NCBI GenBank assembly: GCA_964276515.1
Contig: OZ193909.1
Span: 868,001 to 932,000, forward strand
Direction: 5' to 3'
Origin: Gordius albopunctatus
Lineage: Eukaryota
DNA length: 64,000 nucleotides
Shown: one piece after another, positions 1 to 12,644 of the stretch
Numbering within the stretch: the first letter of the stretch is position 1
Layout of the letters: every line of letters starts with the position of its first letter
The notes under the pieces: model-generated
Told to the model about the DNA's origin: nothing
The model's database searches: none
The model's input: the letters and a program-made list of their open reading frames with translations, nothing else
Translations under genes and position numbers: made by a program

Positions 1-2403
1 TAAAATAAAGTATTAAGCGAGATTTGTTAAATGTAGAAAATAAATTTTTTTCGACTCACAAATATCTTATTTGAACATATTAGTTATTGTAAAAATAAGA
101 ATTAATAAGTAAAATTCAAAAAAAATATGCATAATTGCTAGTTGATTTTACGTGATTGGTGCTTTAGACATTAAACTGAGCTTAGGGCCGGTTTCAGGTT
201 GATATGACTAAAGTAATAGACCTGTTATACTTTCCAGTATAAAATAATGCAATGAATGTAAGCCCTGAGACAATATTTAACGTGGCACATCTCTAGTATA
301 TGAATCGGATTTAATTGGATGGGACCTTAGTAAAAATGATCTTAAAATTAAGCATTCAAGAATAAACCATGTTAGGTTATATTTCTCTCCTAAATAAAGT
401 TCCTAATAATACAGATGACTTTGATCTTTCTATTATAGGTTTGTTGAAAATTATTGAAAGGTCTACTTCTGTATTTAGTAAATAGAGATAGTAAGGGAAT
501 CTATACCATCTTTTATTTTTCCTCAAATTTTTCATAAATAACCTTGCAGTTCATAAGGAAAAAATTAAAAGTGCAAATATAAAATAATGATATTTTAAAA
601 ATATTTTTAGAAATGTTTTAGTTTCTTTGTTTTTAGCTAAATTAGAATTAGCTTTTTTTACAAAGGGGTTTGAAATGGAAGCAAAATAACTAAAGTTACG
701 ATTACATTCTTTTAATGTTGACTTAAGGAAACTTGTTACATGCAAAATTTTTAACTTATTTTACATATAAAGTATAATCAATTTTTTTAATCATTAGGTA
801 TTAAGTGAGGATTTGATATTAAAAGGATTCTTCATTTAAAAATTATTTCTCTTAAGAGCTCTAAAGAGCGCTACATGGTAGAGATATGTTACATTTTGGA
901 AAAATACATGAATAAAAATAATCATTTGAATGACTGAATCAATAATTCTTTTATAGAATGTTCGCATTCTTTAAAGTTTATTTTATATTCATAATTACAA
1001 TTATTTCCTGGTATTTTTTTGGAGGAGGAATTAATAAAATTATTTAGTTTAATATATATTTAACATAATTATGGTATTACCTAATTAAAATTGTGGTACC
1101 TTTATGATTTGGATATCACTTTGTTCACATTCCTTCTTACAATATTTGAATACACATTATTTATACTCCTCCTTATTTTATTCACAATCATTATAATTTG
1201 AAAAGTCCCCAACTACCTTACGAGTTATTCATATTAAACTCTTTACAATGGTATATAAGCTAATGTTTAACGATAGAGATGATCTTTGGTTTTATACAAA
1301 TAAAGTAGGCTCAAATCCCTAAATAATTATATTCGTCACATTCAGCTTTTTAAAAGTAGGAAAGAACGTTGTAGAGACTAAGTTTATTTGCATTGGTCGG
1401 AGAGTCGAAAATAACGAGTATAAAAATCCTGATATATAATAGGAACTGTTTAAATTTTTCATTTTTATCAAAACTTTGTTTATAGATTTTTATGAGCATT
1501 GAGTCCATACATTTTTAGCGTCGTTTGCTGCAATGTCCTATAAGAGTTCACTCTTAGTTTAAAGGATGGCCATAAAAAGTCACGTAAATTATTAAATACT
1601 TCAAATATGGGTATTATTTTAACTTAATCGCAACATTTTATCTTTCGTCTTTGAAGTATTAAATATAATTTTAGTTTATAGCTATGGATATTAAGTTGGA
1701 ATATTTTTAATAAACATACTGAAAGAAAAGATTTTCTTAATAATTGAGGTTTATTTATAAATAATTGTGGATGATACATGCTAAATATATTAAATTAATA
1801 AACTGGCATAGCGCAATGTATTGAAATTGTATATTTTACAAATTCCATGGTGATTTTCTGCTTGATGTAAAAGAATTAATTGGGATTGTGTGTAATGGAG
1901 GTAATATATTTTGATATATTTAAGGAATTAGCTGCCCTCGGGACCTAAATTAAGGGTCGTGGCCCACTGGGACAAAAATGATATTGCCAAAGTATTTGTA
2001 TTTTTCCACTTTCTTTCTCTCAGTATAAGAGATGAGGTGGGGAAAGATGTTAGATTTGGCAAATATAACTACCGTAGAAGTACCAACAAACATTTATGAG
2101 ATTTTATTATTATTATTAACAAGGGTTTAACCATTTATCTACTAAAATTTATATATTCACTCTCACTTATTCCCGATAATAATATTCGAAACGAAAAAAT
2201 ATCTCGCGAAGCAAAAATACAAAAATTACAACTATGTTTCATTGGGACACTAGGGGAAAATATATAAACGTTCAATTGCTCGCTAGTTTGAATCCCCGTT
2301 TCTAGCCATCTGTTTTTTTTTAATTTGCTGCTATTAGAGTTGCATGAATCTTATTATGTTATTAAAATTCTAATTCTAGATTAATTTTTGTATCAAGAAT
2401 CGG

Positions 2404-2555
2404 CATGGGCGTAGCCAGGGAGTCGTAGGGAGGGGCGGTTGTCCCCCTCCAAATACATAATATCCTTACATTTGATATAATTATGGCTAAAATCACTAAA
2501 AAATATAATTTTGCCCCTCCCTCCCCATCTGTATCCAATCCTGGCTACGTCCGTG
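2404..2555. mobile_element. MITE of the CATGGGCGTAGCC...GGCTACGCCCATG family (about 150 bp). Other copies or partial copies at about 5118-5207, 20900-21029, 22838-22957, 23240-23386, 23913-24312, 25236-25386, 39900-40042, 52185-52307, 58467-58616, 63121-63257
   Basis: Terminal inverted repeats and a shared internal AAAATTATGGCTAAAATTT / G-run core recur across the window. No clear TSDs seen. Confidence 0.75.
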
Positions 2556-2584
2556 TCCCTTTACGACGCCACTCCTACGACCAC

Positions 2585-5500
2585 ATGACTGATTTGGTGA
2601 CCAAGTTTGTAGAATTGACTAACTGTTCTTCTGAATCAGCCATATCTTATTTAGATAAGTTTGACTGGAATTTTGAGGTAGGTGTATTTATTGTTCTTAT
2701 ATAATTGTTCTAGGAAGCTTTGCAACATTATTTTGATGAAGGTGGAGTTTCTCAGGTTTTAAACGATGATATAAATGAAGTAAAAGTGGTTAAAACTTCT
2801 CATAATTCTAGCACAAAAGAAAAAGATCGTGGGTAATATATTTAAATTGTTTTAAAAATTTGTATATACTTGCAATAGTGTTATTACTTTGGATTCAATC
2901 TTAAAATCATCTCAAAGTACAAATAATGATGAAAATAGTCAAGCTTTCTACGCTGGAGGCTCAGAAAAAAGGTAGAACTTGTACTCAAATGTTATACGTT
3001 AAATATTAGTGGTCAATTAATATTAGGTCCAGCTTCAATGAAAAATAAAAAGGATTTAGACAAAGTTGTTGAAAATATATTTAAATCAGCTATCGAGTAA
3101 GTTATCTAAAAATTTAAATCATAGGACTTTGTATTTTAAAATATAATTAGGCATGGTGCCAAAGAAATTTCAACCAAGCCAAATTTATTGAAAGAAAATG
3201 GGAAAAAAGGGAGAAAAAACTTTAGTGGAAAAGGCCATGTATTAGGTATTTTAAAATATACATAAATGCAAAATGGAGTTTAAAATATATTTGTCTTGAA
3301 ATTTAAAAGGGTTTAGACTCATTTATTCAAACATAATTTACATAGTATTTATTGTGATGTCTAATTTTTTACCATATAGTTAAATTAATAAACTAGTTAG
3401 CTAGTTGTTGGGTATTCAATGCATTTTGTAGCTTAAAAATGATGAATCATAGCCTATTTTAAGGGTTTTCAATGTTTTTATCACCTGTGAAGTTAAATAA
3501 GACATAATTTTGATAAATTGAATAGCAAAAATCTTTTAAGTAGTTAAAGTTTTATAACAATAGGCCACACATCGGGTGGGACAATTCATGTTGATTCAAC
3601 TACATCAACTGAAGGAGAAGATAGTGAAGATGAAGGCATCCTTACATCCTCGTGGGGTGGAGGAGAAGGATGTTGTGCCTCCCGTTCCTCTTCAATTTCT
3701 CAAGGAGTCGTTTTTAGATTGTTCTCAGATGGATTTACCCTAGATGATGGACCCTTGAGATCATTTGCTGATCCAGAGAATAGCGAATTTTTAGATGCCA
3801 TACTTAGAAGGTTTCTAAATTTTGCGCAAAATGTCTACCATAAAAATTTAAAGGTGTCTTCTGCAAATGTAATAAGTTTTAGACTTTTTACATATCATTT
3901 GAGCTAAAATTTTATTTACTGGCCACTCAAAGACCTCCCATAAACATTTTAAATTAATGAGAGAGACTTAGATTTATTAGTCAATGTTTTAATCAGGTCA
4001 AATTGAAAAAAAAACATGAAATAAAAAGCTGGGTTACATAAAAAAAAATTGCAGTACTTTAGCTGATATATATTCATTTCAATATTTTAAAAGGTTGCTA
4101 TACATTCTGTTTATAAAAAGCACATTTACTTCTCAATTATCTGTCGCGTTTTGTAACATTTGAAAATTTGTTTTCGCAAGCGAATTACCACCCGAAATTG
4201 CGAATATGAAATCGTCTGCGAGTGGTGAGCCTGTTAATTTAGTCATGGAGGATCATAGGAACGAGAAATTTTGCGAAACATCTTTTGGGCAAAAGGCAAA
4301 ATCACTTAAACCCTTCGCCGGGCAAGGATACATGTTGGGCAGGTTAATATTATTTATTTACCAGATATTATTTGTAAATTTTCACATGTTAATAAAAAAT
4401 AAGTCATGAAATCTGCTTTCAAAAATATTTGTGTGAAGATTTATATTAGCCCGCCCCAAACCTTTGAGGATCGTAAAGTAGTACATTGTGAAACTGTTGA
4501 TTTTGTATGGGATCGATATAGGTTATTTTCCGTTTTTTATTTATTTCATCACTAAAAATTAGGAGCAAACTTTGAGGCTTAAATTATTTTGATGGAGTTA
4601 TTTTACGATCAAAACACACTAAATTTAATAAGGTAGAGCCAATACTTTCAAAAATAATAAAATAGCCCTTTGAACGTCCATTACTCAAAAAAGTATCGGT
4701 GCAAAATGGCTAAAGTTTTCAGAAAACACTCAAATATACTCGCCAAAAATACATTTTATTCCGACATGTTCGCTCCAAAATCGTTTGTGCCCCTAAAAAC
4801 TAAAATGATTATGTCTATCGCTTTGATCGAATCAAATCAATTAGTCCGAGCCCCGACGTAAAATGTGCCGATGTCAACGTGGCAGGAATTTTAAAGGGTG
4901 GCAGCGGAGGCTCAACGCCTCAGGCATCGACATCATGTGATTCGGCGACCGCTCAAGGTAATAGCTCCGATGGCCCCGTTCCTTTGCCTGGACTAGATAG
5001 CGCATCGCCCACGACCATAGTTCAAGTGCGCTTGGCCGACGGGAGCAAGTAATTATAAGCTAAAACTTTCGAATACTAAAGTAAAAATTCGAAAAGACCT
5101 TTAAGATTAATACAATAATGGCTAAATTTCAAAAAATTCCTATTTCGCTCCTCCCTAAATCTATATTGCCCCCACCCCCTCTGATCCAAATTCTGCCTAC
5201 AACCATGCTATATCGTTGGCATGTGGTAGAATACAAGTTTGCTCGGTAATTATATTTAAAAGCCAAGTGGACAGCATGACAACCAAAAACGAGCCCATAA
5301 ATTACATAGTAATTAAGCATGTGGAGAAGGAATAAAACATATGGTGTTGGCAATTCCTTATTAAGGATCAGCACATCCTCCGGCGGGATTTTGGCTGGCA
5401 TGGTCAGGTGCAGACCACAATCTGAGGCTTCCTTTACACTCACGACCCCAAAGAACTATTCTAACTTATGTAGACGAACACTGTGGAGATTGTTAAATCC

Positions 5501-5918
5501 GATAAAATTTACATTATCTCATTAATATAATATTATAGAGCATTGACATATTATTTGATCAACTTTCCATTTTATTACCTCTTAATTTTTTGGTATTTTA
5601 GATAAAATATTTAATTATTTTTTTTCAGAAATATGACTTAGTTCATATGTTTTGTTTGTAAATGGGGTATATTTTTGACATATTAGAATCTCGTTCAAAT
5701 GCAACACGACACAAACTGTGGGTAACATAAGGGAAACCATCAAAAAGTACGATGGCTTAAAATTTTAATTTTATCAATTTATCAGATTGTGCCCTAAATA
5801 TGGTGAAACCAACTTCAAGTTGCTCATAACATTTCCACACAAAGAACTAACCAATGATAATGTGACTCTGGAGCAAGCTAACCTATTGAACACCGTTATC
5901 ACCCAAAAACTTAAATGA
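2585..5918 (+). CDS. NSFL1C: NSFL1 cofactor p47 / UBXN2-family p97 adaptor (UBA-like, SEP, UBX). Predicted exons 2585-2677, 2714-2832, 2879-2971, 3010-3096, 3151-3245, 3564-3810, 4181-4342, 4450-4521, 4845-5048, 5687-5746, 5786-5918
   Basis: Splicing at GT-AG junctions keeps frame and gives family motifs: N-terminal FVELT..AISYLDKFDWNFEEAL..YF (UBA-like), FYAGGSEKSGQLILGP, FSDGFTLDDGPLRSFADPENSEFL (SEP), PFAGQGYMLG (SHP box), TTIVQVRLADGS and TFPHKEL..TLEQANLLN (UBX). Exon 4450-4521 is the least certain. Confidence 0.92.
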
Positions 5919-7559
5919 ATTAGTTCTTAAATTAAGTTCTCAAAAAAGATTTCAATTGCAGTCTATCTAATGATTATGTTAAAATATATTTTTATTTAAA
6001 ATACTTGAATAAAACAAGTAGAATAAAAGATAACAAAATTTTGGATTTCCTGTTTATACATTTTTTCTTATAAAGATTGTTGGAATTGTTGCTAGGGTGT
6101 TTTCTTTGCCATCCCAATCCCTATATGTAAAATAAAACTTCATTTTTTAAATACAATTAGCTTTGAAAATGTCAAGTTAATTTAGGCTATATGTTAAAAA
6201 AACAATTTTAATAGTTGCAATGGATTTTCAATTTATTAAAACATGTCTTACACTTATTTTAAGTCTCATCTTTATTTGGCAATTTAATAAAAGAAAATTT
6301 TCATATTTTGCCCTTTAATATGTTTTCATTATTTTTAAATTCTTAAATCTGGCTTTATTAAATCTAGTGCAGTTTGTAATCTCCTTCCTAAAAGTAATAA
6401 TTTTAAAGGAATTATAAACCTTTTAAGAAATTATATGATTAAAGTTGCAAACAGAAAGAGAAGTGTAGAAATATAATGTTGTGTTTTGTTCATTGAATTA
6501 TGAAAATGGAAAGAAGTGGATTTTTAAATTTATATAATTGTGATTTTCTAGAATTACTTTAGTCTTTATAGTGTATAAGTTAAAAAATAAATAATACCTG
6601 AATTTCTTTAGACAATCAATATTTCCTAAATCTGGAATTTCTATTTAATAGATATTTATATCTGAATTAATCTATTACCTATCCCAACCCCATTCTCATA
6701 ATTCATTTTATCAATGCCTAAAGTAATTCCAATAGCTGTTTGACGAGCTATGTGCCTTTGACCTTTACGATTCTTCATATTATTAACCAATTTTATTTGT
6801 TCAAGCTCCTCATCAAACCTCCTTAGATAACTGTTATATAAATTACAAAATCCAATTTACATAATATATTTTAATAATTAAAATGAATGAATTAAAATGT
6901 ACACATGGAGATATAGAATTTATTTGCTATATAAAGGATAGGATTACTCACCATTCAACTATGTCTCTAAGATCATGTTTGTCTAATTGCTTCTGAATAT
7001 TTTGGTGAATGATATAGTCTTTAAACCACAAAAATTTTCTTATTTTTAAATTTTGCTTTTCATTATGAATGTTTTGTGTTTTAGATAATTTTTGTATTCT
7101 GTGAGATTCTGAAAGTATTTTTAATGCCTTACGACTTTTAGGGTGAAGAGTTTTTGATTTAACCATATCGTGAGAAAAGACATAGAATATAAAAGTAGTT
7201 GATTTGTCGAAACATAAGATCGTTTGCAAAACGCATCGGCGCAACTTCCTTCTCTCATATGTTGGTATTTTGGGAGGAGTGAATCACTCATTAAATAGAG
7301 AACGAGAAATAGAAGAAAAAGAATAGGTCACCAAACATAGTTAAGAGCCAGTTCAGCATGCAACAATTCCAACACCTGTAGCCGTAACGCTCGTAGAATC
7401 CATAGGCGCTCGCATCGTAGTACCACTTTATTATTAAGATTGAGTTCAGTTACCATGCCACAATAACACTTAGCTACCTCATCGTTTGCTGCCTGACCGT
7501 TCAAGTGTCCTGCAACTCCTGGCAACTCGTCGTCTATATCAACTTTCTCGATTAGGTTG

Positions 7560-9130
7560 ACTAGCGGAAAGGCTTGAGTCATACGTTTAACTAATGACTT
7601 TCGCCTTCCAATTCCTGCTTGGGTACAGTTTCATCCTCACCTTGGCGCAAAAATGTGTCTGGTCGTTGCGTTTTTATTATACTTCAATTGTACGTTAAAA
7701 TTGTCCAAAAACAATTACCATTTTGGTAACCTAGGGCTTAGCAATAAACTACCGTTACATTTTGCAAAATGAGGAACTAGTGGCTTCTGGTTGGTAAAAA
7801 ATTTTACGTCCAATAAGATATTCAAGACATTTAAACAGCGCAAACACTACGGCTAAAGCCTCTTTTTCCATACATTAAGCTCTGCCGCTGTCAATTTACG
7901 TGAAAAATATAAGATAGGCCGCTCTTTAATAATATGAAAAAGCATTCCGTCTACGCCGTGATTTGAAGCATCAACCGCCAACCCCACCGGGAGGTCCCGG
8001 TTAAAGCAAACTAAAAGTGAGTTACTCATAAGTTTCTTTAACGTTTTAAAAGCTGTTTGTTCAATATCCTTCCATACAAAACGTACGTTAATCCTAGTTA
8101 AGCTATGCAAGGGCATATTCATAATCGCTGCCACATTATTAGTCAAAGGGCGAATCCTCCCCCATGCAATAAATTACCGAAAAATGTCAATTCATTTACC
8201 CCAACCATGCATTTCTTCCTGGTCAAACGTAGTCCTCTCTCTTGAATGCGTATTAACACCGATTTTAAATGCATAAAACCGAGGCCATAGTGGAACATCA
8301 CCGCCGAAATACTCAACCCAAAAGACAATCGATTAAATGCAAACAACCCTAGTGGGATATTAATCGTCATTAACTGCGACGAACGAGCATTCAACCTAAT
8401 CTGTAGGTACGCCGACCTCAAATCAAGTTTCGTAAAAAGCATGCAATGTAAAGATTCGATTTCTTCCACACGCGGCATTGGGTATTTAATTTCCATCAAC
8501 CACAGAGTAAGCGTTACCAGAAAATCGATACATAGGCGCAACATTCCATCGGCCTTTTTCTGGGCTAGGGGCTTCGTCCACTCAATACAATCTATCGGCG
8601 TAATTATTCTCCGGTCCGTCCAGTTACAAAGATGGAGTTTACCTTCGGGCGCCATATAATTGGAATACGTGGGACAGGCCCCACCCTTAATTAAAATATA
8701 ATCGTAACCCTTCAAACACCCTAGAACTTCTGGAAAATCCGAATTATACCGTGTAACCAACGTGCGCAATTTAATTGTCATCCATACCTTTGAAACAATT
8801 TAAACCACCAAAAGGCAACACGACGCTTAGCGTCATTGTTTCTGAACTCACGGGTAGCTCAATATTTGAAATTTGAGTCTTCCTCGCTGGGCTAACATTG
8901 ACGTTAGGCGCCATCAAACAATCAGAGGTTGAAAATACCAAACCGTCACAAAGACCAAACCAATCAACCTGTGTGTCTATCAACTCCAACCTATTCCAGC
9001 CCATTAACAGGATATCGGTCATAACTATATGCAAAGGCAGTATCCATTTTAATCCGCGCCGTTGTAAGGGTCGTGATAAAAATGCGCTTATACATGTCAA
9101 TCACGATCAACTGACAGATATACTGTGCTA
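7560..9130 (-). mobile_element. Decayed Ty3/gypsy LTR-retrotransposon pol fragment (RT and RNase H)
   Basis: LRLCIDF, YPMPRVEE, FTKLDLRSAYLQI, PLGLFAFNRLSFG (RT; YxDD region missing) and LAVDASNHGVDGML, RPILYFSRKLTAAE (RNase H). Frameshifted. Confidence 0.88.
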
Positions 9131-10119
9131 TCTTGACACACGTCAATTACGTTTATATGAGAAATATAATACTAAATTAATTGTAAATAAATATATTATG
9201 AGATATATAATACAATACAAAATTGTAAATAAATATATTAAATTTTATATAATAAATAAATTTGTCTAATTAAATTTAGAATTGTGTTAATATTAAGAAT
9301 AAATTATTAGGGCTCTAATTTGAGATGCATTATATAAAATGTAGATAACACCCCCTTCCCCCACTTTTTTTGTGAGATAGAGGTTAAAAAGGGAAGGGGG
9401 CAAATCATCCTACGGTTAAGATAGGGGTTTAAACCCCCTGGATGAGAAAAAGGGTAAAAGGGGGGCGGAGGCAAATCACCAACCCTCACCCCCCGGTTAA
9501 GATAGAGGTTAAAAAGGGAGGGGGGCAAACCAAAATGCGGATTTTTAAAATTCTTATCCCGATTGTTTTTCTATTGTCTTTTAAGTACGGAAGCCACCTA
9601 TCAAAAATCGTGGTACTCCACGTGGTGATAGCTATTTCAATTTTGACCAATTATATGTAGGCGCACTTTTATCTCGGCGCACAATTTGACTTATAAGAGA
9701 TTGTAGCGATTGCAGTTCCCAAAACATTTTAAGATTTTTCGGAGTTAGATATCCTGTTAGGATTAAGCAATGCTACACTTCTCTTTTTTAATATTATAAT
9801 GGCTAGCATTTAAATTTAGCATATTAACAAAAAGTGTCACAATCTTATTCGTGAAATGTTGCTCAAAATAATCTTCACTGGTTGGTGATGTCTGTACTAT
9901 CGCCTTACTTGGCCCCATATGGAAGAAATATTTTTCCATCATCCTGCCAATTCCAATTATCTTGGACGGATGGACCCTTTAGATACTCAGGACGTAATCA
10001 TTGACCACTGTTTCTCGCTAGGTGTAAAATGAATAACTTATTTAAAGCATTTTAACAAATGCCCTTTTAACCAATGACAGTCCCTGCTTCACATATTTTT
10101 GCTTCAAATCTTCATCAAA

Positions 10120-11275
10120 GCATATTTGCTATGCAATTTATGTTGAAATCGCCATAATTGCATAGCAAATAATATTACTGGCAAACGCTAAAGTTCATGC
10201 CCGACTTGACTCAATTTATTGCTACAACTTTTTACCTATTACCTAGTTTAACCCTGTACTAACTAAAAAAATAGGCATACTATATAAATTAGGCTAATCG
10301 CTAGGATGGCTTATAAAATCAATTAAAAATTGCATAACTTAAAACCCAAACAATATAATTAATAAAACTTAATAACAATAATACAATATTAGACGCAAAA
10401 ATTAAAAATTGCATAGCAATTAATAATACAGTAATAAAATTAAAAAACTTACTTTATTAATGGAGAATAGTAAAAAAGGCTTGCGACGAAACGAGCAGCG
10501 ACATGCAATAGCTCCGCCATTGCCTGTTACTACCGCGGATCTAAAAATGTCACAGGTATCGTAAGTATATCTCAAAAAATTTAGAGGTGCTAAATTGTTC
10601 CATTGGTCAGTACCAAACGATGGTCTATAAATACATACGAGTCAAAAAAAGCGTAAAAAAAATTTTGATTCACACTTTGGCCAATGGTCATTTTTTCATT
10701 GGTCAGCAGCCAGCGGACGGCCAAAAAGCCATATTATGAATGGTATTAACAAAAACAATATATTAATTTAAAAAAATAAAAAATAATTTGGCCTCCCCAG
10801 GATTTGAACCCACATCAGTAGAGGTATAGGTCATTGTAGAGGGGGGGCACAGGGTATCGTACTCAGGATGGCTTAATCGAATTCCAAGCGGTCGCAGTGG
10901 TAATAAACTTTGGCCAGTGGTCATTTTTTATTGGTCAGTAGTCAGCAACATCATTAATTTGGCCGGAATTATTTAGTCAGTTTCGAAAACATCCGGTATA
11001 TAGCAACAACCTAGACAAGTTGCAAAAAGAATTTATGTATAAAGCTAATCAATCGAGCCAATAATGGAATCTGGGCTGGGGTGAGGTCAAAAAATTAGAG
11101 TCAACCAGCTGTCATAGTGTATTTGCGAAAGCAAAATAAAAGGCATTTACAGAAGCATAAGTCCACAGCCATTAAAAACTTTTATAAGTTTCCACGGCAA
11201 TTATCAAAACAGGACACTCAAGACAGGACAAGACAAACGAAAAGCGAGCTCTTAAATTGCATAGCAATTAATATT
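10120..11275. mobile_element. Degenerate non-autonomous Helentron (HINE-like) copy or copies
   Basis: Family subterminal motif TTGCTATGCAATTTA / TAAATTGCATAGCAATTAA at about 10125, 10155, 10408 and 11256, plus the same GGCCAATGGTC...CATTGGTCAG repeat core as 12645-14760 and 59383-61284. Confidence 0.6.
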
Positions 11276-11499
11276 TAATATTGAAAGAATAATATTTGGT
11301 TAATATTTGCTTTATTAAATATAACTAAGGTATCTTTACAATTACTTACAAATAGATAATAATATATATCGAATAATCGTAAGTATCCAATTGATTGGGA
11401 ATATAGTCGGATTGGGCAGATGTTGTTCGGTACCCGTCACGAGGTTTATTTCATCCATCTTTAATTCCATCACTCGCTATCCTCTATCAAACGATATAA

Positions 11500-12490
11500 C
11501 CGTCGGTAATTAAATAAATTAATAGGGATAGAAAAAGACATAACAAGGAGAATTTCTTGAATAGTAGTACAGCGCGTAAAGTAGGATAAAGTAAGATATA
11601 AAATGCACACCACATGGCGCATTTCCATAAAAAGCATCAAATATTTCGATGGCAAAAACCATGTCCCCTATTATGGATACCCTAAACAACCAAGGAATTT
11701 ATAAAAGGAAGCCAATGCGCTTTAGATATAATAATTATGGTCAGCGGCAACAAGACCTGGGTACCTTTTTGCTTTCGATGTTTATCAGGGTGCTTTGTGT
11801 ATTCTTGTACCACATCAAGAACAACTTGGACCTTTTGATAAACTATTGGAGAAATATTCTACGTATAATATTATTTTTAAAAGAAATTGTTGAAAATCAA
11901 TGTTAGCGCGTCAGGAACAGTCACGAAGAATCAAATAAAGTCGGCTAAGTGATCCTAGGGTTTTAAGAGTAAGGAACGACTTTATTTCAAGAAAAATGTT
12001 TCTTCAAACTTAGACTATTTAGTCAGCATGTTATCGAATTTTCATATCCCTGCGCCTATATGAAAATCGGCAGAACGGGTTCAAGCAACTAGGTAAAGTC
12101 GAGAATAGAAGTTTATTTCCCGTTTATGGTTCCAGATTTGACAAAAATATTCATTCTACAAGGATTTCTTTCTCATTGGGGGGGGTGGTATTTACATTTG
12201 ATTACATTTAGCATAGAGGCGACGTGCCAGAATGCGTCGCAAATATACATATACACAATGAGTATATTTCATTACGCAACATTTTAAAGATCAATAGTAG
12301 TGTTTTATTTCAAAAAAATTCAAGCGAAAAGAAGTGTTTACTCTGCTTTCACAGGATATAAACCGAATATTTCAAAACATCAAAAAGAAGCCTGTTTACA
12401 GAGGCGCTGTAAAGTTTGTAAGAAGGTTACTCGCCTTAAATTGTTTAATGCCGGAATGCATTTAAAATGCTGGGCTAATTAACATTACTC
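11500..12490 (+). pseudogene. Decayed piggyBac-like (PGBD-type) transposase
   Basis: Broken frames read K(R)KPMRF.Y, then PGYLFAFDVYQG (about 11755-11795), and a C-terminal Cys-rich QRRCKVCKK.TRLK...GMHLKCW. These are typical piggyBac motifs. Confidence 0.7.
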
Positions 12491-12644
12491 ATAATTAATT
12501 TTATTGCAATTGATTTAAATAAAAAATTAATTGTTTTTATTTGTGGATAGGTGACACCCCTATCTACTCGGGTGCCTAATTTTTCGAAAAAATTTCAACT
12601 GGCTGTTCTTGTCTACACCCTAGGGATGATAAATAATTATTAAA

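Noticed and set aside
1..1900. Possible minus-strand gene (a kinase-like VAIK reading near 1600-1640; ORF 551-745)
   Set aside because: The frame is interrupted by stops and no consistent splice model or second motif was found. It is probably decayed repeat sequence.
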